In this document: one piece after another, positions 47,153 to 56,208 of the stretch
Layout: each line of letters begins with the position of its first letter
How positions within the stretch are numbered: position 1 is the stretch's first letter
Assembly (NCBI GenBank): GCA_902574685.1
Contig: CACGOO010000002.1
Location: forward strand, 1,909-65,908
Source: an uncultured Pelagibacteraceae bacterium
GTDB lineage: Bacteria; Pseudomonadota; Alphaproteobacteria; Pelagibacterales; Pelagibacteraceae
DNA length: 64,000 bases
Direction of reading: 5' to 3'
Program-made: the position numbers and the translations under genes
The notes under the pieces: model-generated
What the model was told of the DNA's origin: nothing
What the model saw: the letters and a program-made list of their open reading frames with translations, nothing else
The model's database searches: none

Positions 47153-48197
47153 AAACTTTAATGGATTTAGAATGCCGGCTGAATGGGAGCCTCAAAATTC
47201 AGTTTGGATTGCTTGGCCTTATAATAAAAATGATTGGCCTGGATTATATCAATTTATTCCTAAAGTAATTTTAAAGATTATAAAAAAAATTTCAAAAAAT
47301 CAAAAAATTAACTTAATCGTTAGCAAAAATATAAATAATATAAAAAAATTAATAAAACTTAATAAAATCAAAAATATCAACTTCCACTATATTAAAACTG
47401 ATAGAATATGGTTAAGAGATTCTGGACCCATATTTATAACAAACAAGGTCGAAAAGAAAAAAGTAATACTAAATTTTGGTTTTAACGGATGGTCAAAGTA
47501 TAAAAATTATAAAAATGACAATAAAATCAATAATAGTATTAGTAAAATTGCTAATTTTAAAAAGATTGATCCAATAATCAAAAAAAAAGGCAGAATTAGA
47601 AAAATAATCATGGAGGGAGGGGCATTTGATGTAAATGGCTCAGGTACAATTTTATTAACTGAAGAATGTTTGTTAAGCAAAATTCAAGAAAGAAATAAAA
47701 ATTTTAAAAAAAAAGACTACGAAAAAATGTTTAATAAATACTTAAATATAAAAAACTTTATATGGCTTAAAAAAGGAATTGCTGGCGATGATACGCATGG
47801 ACATGTTGATGACATATCAAGATTTGTTTCAAGAAATACGATTATGACTGCGGTTGAAAATAATAAAAAAGATATAAATTACAAAAACTTAAATAAGAAT
47901 TTAAATATATTGAAAGAAAGTAAATGTGAGAAAGGAAAGAAATTCAAAATTATAAAAGTTCCTATGCCTTCACCAATTTATATTGAGAATACTAGAGTTC
48001 CTGCAAGTTATATGAATTTTTATATTTGTAATAAAAAAATAATTCTTCCAATATTCAAAGTAAAAGAAGACAATATTGCAATTAAAATTTTCAAAAATTA
48101 CTTTAGAAATAGAAAAATCGAAACAGTTGACTGTAGCAAATTGATATGGGGATTTGGTGCAATACATTGCATGACCCAACAAGAACCTAAAATTTAG
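47145..48197 (+). CDS. aguA: Agmatine deiminase
   Basis: RMPAEWE, WLRDSGP, EGG, DDTHGHVD, ASYMNF and GAIHCMTQQEP. Confidence 0.93.
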   Translation: MNENFNGFRMPAEWEPQNSVWIAWPYNKNDWPGLYQFIPKVILKIIKKISKNQKINLIVSKNINNIKKLIKLNKIKNINFHYIKTDRIWLRDSGPIFITNKVEKKKVILNFGFNGWSKYKNYKNDNKINNSISKIANFKKIDPIIKKKGRIRKIIMEGGAFDVNGSGTILLTEECLLSKIQERNKNFKKKDYEKMFNKYLNIKNFIWLKKGIAGDDTHGHVDDISRFVSRNTIMTAVENNKKDINYKNLNKNLNILKESKCEKGKKFKIIKVPMPSPIYIENTRVPASYMNFYICNKKIILPIFKVKEDNIAIKIFKNYFRNRKIETVDCSKLIWGFGAIHCMTQQEPKI

Positions 48198-48746
48198 TTA
48201 TGCTGCTTTTAGTGTGCCGAGCAATAATCTAAAAGGTATCAACATTACAAGTGCTACAAATATTTTTACCGCAAGATCTCCTAACGATAAAGTTACCCAA
48301 GGAATTCCCGTTCCATAGAATGATATTGAGAAAAATAAAAAAGTATCAACAGTTGAACCTATCAAAGAAGATGTTAAAGGTGCTATAAACCACTTTTTTT
48401 GTCTTAATTGATCAAATATCTGAACATCTAAAAGTTGAGCAATTATAAAAGCTGTTCCTGAACCAATTGCTATTCTTATAGAAATAAGATCAGTAAAATT
48501 AGTTGAAAATATTAAAGTAAACAAAATTCCAATTGTGAAGCCTATATAGACAATTTTTCTAGCTACTAATTTTCCAAAGGATCTGTTGGCTAAATCTGTA
48601 ATTAAAAATGCAATTGGATAACTAAAAGCACCGTAAGTTAAAATTTCCTCTAAACCGTAATATTTTATAGGAAATTGAACTAAATAATTAGATGCCAGCA
48701 CAACCAATCCCATTAAAAATGAGAGAGTAAGGAAAACTTTATTCAT
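48198..48746 (-). CDS. yhhQ: Queuosine precursor transporter (YhhQ/Vut_1)
   Basis: ASNYLV, YPIAFLITD, RIAIGS..AF..AQLLDV and DTFLFFSISF. Confidence 0.88.
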   Translation of the reverse strand: MNKVFLTLSFLMGLVVLASNYLVQFPIKYYGLEEILTYGAFSYPIAFLITDLANRSFGKLVARKIVYIGFTIGILFTLIFSTNFTDLISIRIAIGSGTAFIIAQLLDVQIFDQLRQKKWFIAPLTSSLIGSTVDTFLFFSISFYGTGIPWVTLSLGDLAVKIFVALVMLIPFRLLLGTLKAA

Positions 48747-49027
48747 TATGCTGTTTTTGCGATTATTGATTTTTTAAGCTTTTTTAATCTTAACGATAAA
48801 TCTCTTGATTTTGCAGATTTCAAGAAATTATCAAAGCTACCTTTTTTATCTACAGATCTAACACCTGCATTTGAAACTGTTAATCTCATAGATTTTTTTA
48901 AAAGTTCACTTTTAAATTTTACTTTCTTTAAATTTGGAAGAAATCTTCTCTTAGTTTTATTGTTAGCGTGACTAACATTATGGCCTTTTAGAGGGATTTT
49001 ACCAGTAAGTTCGCATTTTTTAGACAT
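48746..49027 (-). CDS. rpmB: 50S ribosomal protein L28
   Basis: [10 protein letters not shown]...[19 protein letters not shown]. Confidence 0.97.
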   Translation of the reverse strand: MSKKCELTGKIPLKGHNVSHANNKTKRRFLPNLKKVKFKSELLKKSMRLTVSNAGVRSVDKKGSFDNFLKSAKSRDLSLRLKKLKKSIIAKTA

Positions 49028-49039
49028 AAATTTTCAAGA

Positions 49040-49068
49040 TGTATATGGTCTTAAAGAATACCAGTCAA
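49040..49068 (-). promoter_or_regulatory. Sigma70 promoter of rpmB
   Basis: Minus strand TTGACT-N17-TATACA, 12 nt before the ATG. Confidence 0.7.
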
Positions 49069-49070
49069 GA

Positions 49071-50117
49071 TTAATTTTTTGTTCCAATAGCTTCAGAAAT
49101 ATTTTTAAAACCTTCTCTTTTTACAATTTCGTCAAGATCTTTATTAATCTTTGAAGCAATAGTTGGTCCTTTATAAACCATACCTGTATACAATTGCACA
49201 AGAGTTGCACCGCTTACAATTTTATTAAAAACGCCATCGGCAGAGTCAACTCCTCCAACTCCAATTATTAAGATTTTTTTTCCAACTAATTTAAAAAATT
49301 TATTAATTAATTCATTAGAGATATTTTCAAGTGGTTTTCCAGACAAACCGCCTTTCTCTAATTTATTTATATTAGATATATTTTCTCTATTTCTATCTGT
49401 CGTATTTGAAACTATAACTATTTTAACATTATATTTTAAAAAAAGTTCTGAGATTTCATCAATACTTTTTTCATCAATATCAGGAGATACTTTGACTGCT
49501 ATTGGCACATTTGAATTTAAATTTTTCTTTTCTTCATTTATGCATTTTAAAAGATTATCTAACTCTTCATTTTTGTGAAAGTTTCTTAAATTTTCTGTGT
49601 TAGGAGAAGAGATATTAATTGTAATATAGTCTGCTAAATTATGAAATTTTCTGAAACAAATTAAATAATCTTCAACTCTGTTTTCAGTATCTTTATTAGG
49701 TCCTATATTAATACCAAGTAATCCATTAGGTGAATTATTTTCAATATTTTTTTTACTTTCTTCTGATCCAATATTGTTAAATCCAAGTCTATTAATTAAA
49801 GCCTCATCTTCCTCCAATCTGAACACTCTTGGCTTCGGATTTCCTATTTGTGGTTTAGGTGTAATTGTACCTACCTCAACAAAACCAAATCCTAGTTTGT
49901 ATAGAGGATTGTAAACTTCTGCATTTTTATCAAATCCAGCAGCTACACCTAGAGGAGAATTTAAGGTTTTGTTTAAAAATTTAGTTTGGATAGTAACTCT
50001 GGTTGTTTTATCTATAGCTGGTATCTGATTTAACTTTAAAGCCTTTATTGCTAGTGAGTGAGCAACTTCAGGGCTAAATTTAAATATAAAAGGTCTTATA
50101 AGATTAAACATTTTCAA
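49071..50117 (-). CDS. pyrD: Dihydroorotate dehydrogenase (quinone, class 2)
   Basis: GVAAGFDKNAE, NRLGFNN, NISSPNT, GGLSG and VQLYTG. Confidence 0.96.
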   Translation of the reverse strand: MKMFNLIRPFIFKFSPEVAHSLAIKALKLNQIPAIDKTTRVTIQTKFLNKTLNSPLGVAAGFDKNAEVYNPLYKLGFGFVEVGTITPKPQIGNPKPRVFRLEEDEALINRLGFNNIGSEESKKNIENNSPNGLLGINIGPNKDTENRVEDYLICFRKFHNLADYITINISSPNTENLRNFHKNEELDNLLKCINEEKKNLNSNVPIAVKVSPDIDEKSIDEISELFLKYNVKIVIVSNTTDRNRENISNINKLEKGGLSGKPLENISNELINKFFKLVGKKILIIGVGGVDSADGVFNKIVSGATLVQLYTGMVYKGPTIASKINKDLDEIVKREGFKNISEAIGTKN

Positions 50118-51672
50118 CCTTTTTTCTTATCAATTCTTTGGTTTCATTTACTCCAAAAAAACTAATGAAGAAGCCCATTCTGGGTCCATTTTCGTCACCA
50201 AATACAACCTCATAGATAAGCTTAAACCATTCTCTTAAATTTTCTTTATAACCATTTTCTTTTCCTACGGTAAAAATATTTGTCTGAATATCTTCAGGAG
50301 CCATTTTATCATTACAATTATCTAAAGACTTAATTAATGCTTTCAGTGCAACTTTCTCTTTTTCATTTGGAGTTTTGTAAATTTTTTTTGTTTTTATAAC
50401 ATCATTGAAATATTTTATTGCATATTCAATTAAATTATCAAAAATTGGATGATCATTTTCATTAATTTCTGACTTGTATTTTTTTACAAATTTCCAAAGT
50501 AATTGTTTGCTGTCCGCATTACTTGTTTCAACTAAATTTAAAAGCATTGAAAAAGTCATAATTGTATTTTCCTCTGGCATTGATCCATTATGTACATGCC
50601 AAACTGGATTCATTAACTTCTGTAAATCATTTTGAGTTTTTCCTTTTTCTATAAAATCTAGATATTCATCAACAGCTTTTGGAACAACTTCTCTGTACAA
50701 TTTTTTTGCTCTTTTTGGATTTTGATACATGTAAAGAGATAGACTTTGAGGAGATGCATAATTCAGCCATTCATCTATAGTTACTCCATTACCTTTTGAT
50801 TTAGATATTTTTTCACCTTTTTCGTCCAAAAAAAGTTCATACGCAAAACCAGATGGGTTAGATTTACCTAATGTTTTAATAATCTTAGTTGAAAGAATTG
50901 CACTCTCAATTAAATCCTTTCCATACATTTCAAAATCAACATCTAAAGCGTACCATCTCATTGCCCAATCAACTTTCCATTGCAATTTGCAGTTCCCGTC
51001 TAAAATACTTTTTTCCAATTTTGATCCATTATTATCAAATATGATTTTAGAAGATTTAGAATCAATTTCTAAAACAGGTATTTCAAGAACTTTTCCAGTT
51101 TCTGGGCATATTGGTAAAAAGGGGGAATAGGTTTTCTGTCTTTCTTTGCCTAAAGTTGGAAGAATTATTTCCATAATTTTTTCATAATTTTCTAGAACTA
51201 ATTTTAGGGTGTCATTAAAATAACCAGACTTGTAGAGTTCTGTAGAACTTTTAAATGAATATTTAAATTTAAAATTATCAAGAAATTGTTTCAACATATT
51301 ATTATTATGTTCTCCAAAACTACTAAACTTTTCAAATGGATCAGGGACATCCGTTAAAGGTTTGTGAAGATTATATTTGAGCTTTTCTTGATTTGGAACA
51401 TTTTCAGGTACTTTTCTAAGACCATCCATATCATCAGAAAATGTAATAATTTCCTTTGGAATATCTGTTAAATGATCAAGAGCGTTGACAATCATAGTCG
51501 TCCTTGCAACTTCTCCAAATGTACCTATATGTGGTAGACCACTAGGACCATAACCAGTTTGTAAAACTATTTTATTTTTTTTCTCTATGTTCGATTTTCT
51601 CTCTCTTAATAGCTTTTTAGCCTCAACAAATGGCCAGGCGTTTGTTTTGTCAAAATTTGTTTTGTCTATCAC
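50104..51672 (-). CDS. lysS: Lysyl-tRNA synthetase, class I
   Basis: TGYGPSGLPHIGTFGE (HIGH-like), KISKSKGN (KMSKS-like) and GPRMG; GTG start. Confidence 0.96.
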   Translation of the reverse strand: MIDKTNFDKTNAWPFVEAKKLLRERKSNIEKKNKIVLQTGYGPSGLPHIGTFGEVARTTMIVNALDHLTDIPKEIITFSDDMDGLRKVPENVPNQEKLKYNLHKPLTDVPDPFEKFSSFGEHNNNMLKQFLDNFKFKYSFKSSTELYKSGYFNDTLKLVLENYEKIMEIILPTLGKERQKTYSPFLPICPETGKVLEIPVLEIDSKSSKIIFDNNGSKLEKSILDGNCKLQWKVDWAMRWYALDVDFEMYGKDLIESAILSTKIIKTLGKSNPSGFAYELFLDEKGEKISKSKGNGVTIDEWLNYASPQSLSLYMYQNPKRAKKLYREVVPKAVDEYLDFIEKGKTQNDLQKLMNPVWHVHNGSMPEENTIMTFSMLLNLVETSNADSKQLLWKFVKKYKSEINENDHPIFDNLIEYAIKYFNDVIKTKKIYKTPNEKEKVALKALIKSLDNCNDKMAPEDIQTNIFTVGKENGYKENLREWFKLIYEVVFGDENGPRMGFFISFFGVNETKELIRKKVENV

Positions 51673-51758
51673 AACTACTTAAATATCCTTAATATCAGCC
51701 TTTTTAATAATTCATATAGAGTTGAAATTTATTTACCATAAAATAATGTCCATTCAAA

Positions 51759-53207
51759 ATGTCCAATTATAAAACTGTCTTTTTTACATTAGGGGTTTTG
51801 CAAATTATTTTAGGTCTTTCAATGATTGTACCTATTTTGGTTCAATTAATATTTGATCAAATTGATGCAGGATTTATCGGATCAATGATTGTTACTATTG
51901 TTTTTGGATTTTTATTTTTCATTTCTAATTATGATCACGATAAAAAGATAAGTTTACCTCAAGCTTTTTTGCTCACAGCACTTTCGTGGTTAAGTATTGC
52001 TATATTTGGTTCTTTACCTTTAATTTTTTCTAGTACGGATTTGAGTTTTACAGATGCGTTTTTTGAGAGCATGTCTGGTATTACAACAACAGGATCTACA
52101 ATTATCACGAATCTAAATGAAACGTCTAAAGCGATATTACTTTGGAGAGGAATGTTACAGTGGTTTGGTGGTATTGGAATTATCGTAATGGCAATCACTT
52201 TAATGCCTTTAATGAATATAGGGGGTATGCAACTTTTCAATATTTCATCTAATGATACTTCTGAAAAAATTTTTCCTAAAACTAAAGAAGTTTCTTTGAG
52301 ATTATTGTCTATATATTCCTTATTAACTTTAACTTGTGCTTTTTTTTATTTTATATTTGGGATGAGTTTTTTTGATAGCATCGTGCATGCTATGACAACA
52401 ATAGCGACTGGAGGTTTTGCAAATTATAATGAATCTATAGGTTATTTTAACAGCTCGTTAATAGAAATTAATGCAATAATATTTATTATTCTTGGAAGTA
52501 TACCTTTTATTAGTTACATCAAATACTTGGCTGGAGATAAGAAAATATTTTTCAAAGACACACAAATAAAAACTTTTATAATTTTGTTTATTATTTCAAT
52601 TCTTTTAATGTTTTTTTATTTATCTGTTATAAATAAAAGCTTAACTGAGATAAGTTTTTTGTCTGTTAGCTTTAATATAATTTCTATTTTAACTGGAACA
52701 GGGTATGCTACAGAAAATTTTAGTAATTGGGGTCAATTTCCACTAGTATACTTCATAATTTTAATGTTCATTGGAGGCTGTGCAGGCTCTACAACTTGCG
52801 GAATAAAGATTTTTAGAGTTCAAATTTTGTATCAATTCATATCAAACCAGCTGAAAAAAATAATTTACCCTCGAGGAATTTTCAAAATTAAATATCAAAA
52901 TAATAATGTGGATGAAAAATTTATGGACTCAATTATTTCTTTTATATTTCTTTATATATTAATATTTTTTGTTGTGACTGCGCTTTTATCGCTTGATGGA
53001 TTAAATTTTATTACTGCAATTTCAGCAGCTGCCACGTCAATTTCAAATGTTGGTCCAGGTTTAGGTGATATTATTGGTCCAAACGGAAGTTTTTCAAGCC
53101 TGTCTGATTTTTCTAAATGGGTTCTCAGTGCTGCAATGATACTTGGAAGGTTGGAATTATTTGCAATTCTAGTATTATTTATTCCATCTTTTTGGAGAAA
53201 ATATTAA
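51759..53207 (+). CDS. trkH: Trk potassium uptake membrane protein
   Basis: FESMSGITTTG, ATGGF, GGCAGSTTCGIK, SNVGPG and GRLE. Confidence 0.95.
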   Translation: MSNYKTVFFTLGVLQIILGLSMIVPILVQLIFDQIDAGFIGSMIVTIVFGFLFFISNYDHDKKISLPQAFLLTALSWLSIAIFGSLPLIFSSTDLSFTDAFFESMSGITTTGSTIITNLNETSKAILLWRGMLQWFGGIGIIVMAITLMPLMNIGGMQLFNISSNDTSEKIFPKTKEVSLRLLSIYSLLTLTCAFFYFIFGMSFFDSIVHAMTTIATGGFANYNESIGYFNSSLIEINAIIFIILGSIPFISYIKYLAGDKKIFFKDTQIKTFIILFIISILLMFFYLSVINKSLTEISFLSVSFNIISILTGTGYATENFSNWGQFPLVYFIILMFIGGCAGSTTCGIKIFRVQILYQFISNQLKKIIYPRGIFKIKYQNNNVDEKFMDSIISFIFLYILIFFVVTALLSLDGLNFITAISAAATSISNVGPGLGDIIGPNGSFSSLSDFSKWVLSAAMILGRLELFAILVLFIPSFWRKY

Positions 53208-54580
53208 TGTTTGAAAAAAAACAAACCTGGTCAGAATCTATTTTAGTTTACAAGGATATTCGAATGCTAAGAATATTGCTTCTTGGTGCAATTAGTGGAT
53301 TTCCTTGGGTTTTAATTGCCAGCAGTTTAAGCCTTTGGCTAAAAGAAGAAGGTTTAAGTAGATCAACTATTGGATGGGCAGGTTTAATATTTGGGGTGTA
53401 CGCCTTTAATTATTTGTGGGCACCAATAATTGATAGAATACAAATTCCATTTTTAACAAAAAGATTAGGGCATCGACGAGGCTGGATTGTCCTTATGCAA
53501 ATTATAATTTTATTTAGTTTAATTGTTTGGAGTTTTATTAACCCTACAGAAAATTTGGCGTTACTAATTAGTATTGGATTAGTTATAGCAATTGCTTCGG
53601 CTACACAAGATATTACAGTTGATGCGTTGAGAATCGAACAAATTAATGCTGATGAAGGAAAATCTATGGCAGCAGGAGCTGCTATGGCTGTAGTTGGATG
53701 GTGGACCGGATATAAGTTAGGTGGTGTTATAGCATTGTTTACTGCCGAATTTTTTCAAAACATTGGAATTGAAGATTACTGGCAAACTACTTTTTTAGTT
53801 CTTGGCGTTGTAGTAATCCTGATGAATATAGGATTAATGTTTATACACGAGCCTATAACAACAGATAGGCAAAATAAACAAAAAGAAACAGACGAAATAA
53901 TACAATCAAAACTTGGATCAAATAATGTAATAACAAAATTTGTTGCTTATATTACTGGTACAATAGGAGGTCCAATAATTAGTTTCTTCAAAAAAAATGG
54001 TTTCTCAATTGCAGTTGGAATCCTTGGCTTTGTCTTTCTCTTTAAAATTGGAGAAGCCTTTCTTGGAAGAATGTCCATAGTTTTTTATAAAGAGGTAGGA
54101 TTTTCAAAAGGTGAAATAGCGATATACTCTAAAACTCTAGGCTGGATAACGACAGTTGTATTTACGTTATTAGGTGGAATATTTGCTATGAGAGCTGGCA
54201 CAATAAAAACAATGTTTGTTGCTGGTGGATTTATGGCAGCAACAAATTTATTATTTGCTGCTCTCGCGTGGTCAGGAAAATCTGAATGGTTGTTTGCTTT
54301 AGCTGTTATCGCTGATGATATATCTGCAGCATTTGCAACTGTTGCTTTCGTAGCCTTTATCTCTCTTTTAGTGGATAGGACTTATACCGCTACACAGTAT
54401 GCACTTCTAGCTTCAATTGGAACTGCAGGAAGAACGACACTTGCTTCTTCATCGGGTGCTTTAGTTGATTGGCTAAATGGAGACTGGGGAACCTTTTTTA
54501 TAATTACTACTTTAATGGTCATCCCATCCTTAATTTGTTTATGGTTTATAAGAAATAAAATTAAAATTGGTGCAAAATAG
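53207..54580 (+). CDS. ampG: AmpG muropeptide MFS permease
   Basis: LGAISGFP, LWAPIID, GHRRGW, SATQDITVDALRIE and TATQYALLAS; start at ATG 53207 overlapping the trkH stop (TAATG). Confidence 0.92.
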   Translation: MFEKKQTWSESILVYKDIRMLRILLLGAISGFPWVLIASSLSLWLKEEGLSRSTIGWAGLIFGVYAFNYLWAPIIDRIQIPFLTKRLGHRRGWIVLMQIIILFSLIVWSFINPTENLALLISIGLVIAIASATQDITVDALRIEQINADEGKSMAAGAAMAVVGWWTGYKLGGVIALFTAEFFQNIGIEDYWQTTFLVLGVVVILMNIGLMFIHEPITTDRQNKQKETDEIIQSKLGSNNVITKFVAYITGTIGGPIISFFKKNGFSIAVGILGFVFLFKIGEAFLGRMSIVFYKEVGFSKGEIAIYSKTLGWITTVVFTLLGGIFAMRAGTIKTMFVAGGFMAATNLLFAALAWSGKSEWLFALAVIADDISAAFATVAFVAFISLLVDRTYTATQYALLASIGTAGRTTLASSSGALVDWLNGDWGTFFIITTLMVIPSLICLWFIRNKIKIGAK

Positions 54581-55313
54581 TTTTTTTTTAAAAGAGCCTT
54601 TTGTCGATATATTAGAGGAACCAAAGAAGAACTCTAATGTTAGCTCTCAACTTATCTACGGCGAGAGTTTTAAAATAATTAGTAAAAAAAATAATTATAT
54701 TAAAATAAAGACTTCATATGACAAATATTCAGGCTTTATAAAAAAAATTCATAGCTACGAAAAATTCAATCCAACTCACAAAGTTGGAATTTTAAAAGCT
54801 AAAATTTATTTAGGTAATAAAAAAAAGAAATCAAAAAAGTTTTTACCATTTACGAGCAAAATACAAATTTTAAAAAAGGATCAAAATTTCATTATGTATA
54901 AGAAAGATAAATGGCTAAGGTCAAAAGACATATTTCCAATCCAAAAAAAAAATTCTGATTTTGTAAAGATATTTAAAAGTTTTCTAAATTGTAAATATAA
55001 ATGGGGTGGAAAAACATTCGAAGGAATTGATTGTTCAGCTCTATTGCAAATATTTTATAAATTTAATAATAATTTTTTTCCAAGAGACACGATTGATCAA
55101 GTTAAATTAAAAAAAGGTGTGGGATACAAAAAAAAATTTAAAAAAGGTGATATTATTTTTTGGAAAGGACATGTTGCTATATGCATCAATACAAATGATC
55201 TTATTCACGCTTATGGTCCAAAAAAAAGAGTGACCATAATGCCAATTAAAAAAACGATAAAACTAATTAAAGAAACGGCGAAATTAGATGTAAAGAAAGT
55301 AACAAGGATCTGA
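54567..55313 (+). CDS. SH3b + NlpC/P60 (C40) peptidase, dipeptidyl-peptidase-VI-like
   Basis: SQLIYGE SH3b segment; YKWGG...GIDCS, PRD, WKGHVAI and IHA catalytic residues; no signal peptide. Confidence 0.88.
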   Translation: MVQNSFFLKEPFVDILEEPKKNSNVSSQLIYGESFKIISKKNNYIKIKTSYDKYSGFIKKIHSYEKFNPTHKVGILKAKIYLGNKKKKSKKFLPFTSKIQILKKDQNFIMYKKDKWLRSKDIFPIQKKNSDFVKIFKSFLNCKYKWGGKTFEGIDCSALLQIFYKFNNNFFPRDTIDQVKLKKGVGYKKKFKKGDIIFWKGHVAICINTNDLIHAYGPKKRVTIMPIKKTIKLIKETAKLDVKKVTRI

Positions 55314-55314
55314 A

Positions 55315-56208
55315 TTACTCTCGACCAAAATCAGGTTTGGAAATATCTTGTTTTTGAGAAATTATTTGTTTTCTTACTACTTTCGAATTGATTAATTTTT
55401 TTATTATCTTTGAATTTTCTTTCTTACTTATATTCTTCTTAAAATCTTTTAAATTTTTCATAAAAAGATTTATTGCTTCAATCATATTAGTTTTATTCTC
55501 GAAAAATATGTCTCTCCACATTATTTCGTTGGAAGCAGCAATTCTTGAGAAATCTCTTAATCCACCTGCACTAAATTTAATAAAATTTTTATTCTTTTTT
55601 TTCTGAAAATCCTGAGCAGTTTTTATTAAATTGTAAGCAATCAAATGCGGTAGATGGCTAGTGACTGAAAAAATTTTATCGTGATGATCGGGGTTCATAA
55701 TAATTATTTTAGATCCTAAAGATTTCCAAAATCTCTCTACTTTTTTTTGTTTTAGAACATTTTTATCTTTTATTATTATGCACCACTTGTTTTTGAACAA
55801 ATTAGCATTACCATATTTGGGCCCACTAACTTCGGATCCTGAGATAGGATGACTCATCACCCAATCAAGATTTTTTGATAATTTTTTTTTTTTTAAAGAA
55901 ATTAGATTTTTTTTTGTTGAACCAACGTCAGTTATAATTGAATTATGATTGAGATTTTTATTTAATGACGAAAAAAATTTAGGATATTCACTCATAGGAG
56001 TGCTTAAAATCACAAGATCAATTTTATTTAAATTTTTATCTAACCTTGTTAAAAATTTAATTTTTTTGTTAAATTTTTTAATAATAGATCTATATTTTTT
56101 AGACTTTTCAAATACAAAAAAATTTTTAGAAATTTTTTTTTGTATTGAAGCCTTTAATATTGATGAGCCTATTAATCCGCAACCAATAATAAGAATATTA
56201 TTAAACAT
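55315..56208 (-). CDS. tyrA: Prephenate/arogenate (cyclohexadienyl) dehydrogenase
   Basis: IIGCGLIGSS, TDVGSTK, HPISGSE, HD...TSHLPH and GLRDFSRIA. Confidence 0.93.
   Translation of the reverse strand: MFNNILIIGCGLIGSSILKASIQKKISKNFFVFEKSKKYRSIIKKFNKKIKFLTRLDKNLNKIDLVILSTPMSEYPKFFSSLNKNLNHNSIITDVGSTKKNLISLKKKKLSKNLDWVMSHPISGSEVSGPKYGNANLFKNKWCIIIKDKNVLKQKKVERFWKSLGSKIIIMNPDHHDKIFSVTSHLPHLIAYNLIKTAQDFQKKKNKNFIKFSAGGLRDFSRIAASNEIMWRDIFFENKTNMIEAINLFMKNLKDFKKNISKKENSKIIKKLINSKVVRKQIISQKQDISKPDFGRE

Noticed and set aside
53117-53206. N-terminal extension of AmpG
   Set aside because: It overlaps the trkH coding end; ATG 53207 coupled to the trkH stop is far more plausible.
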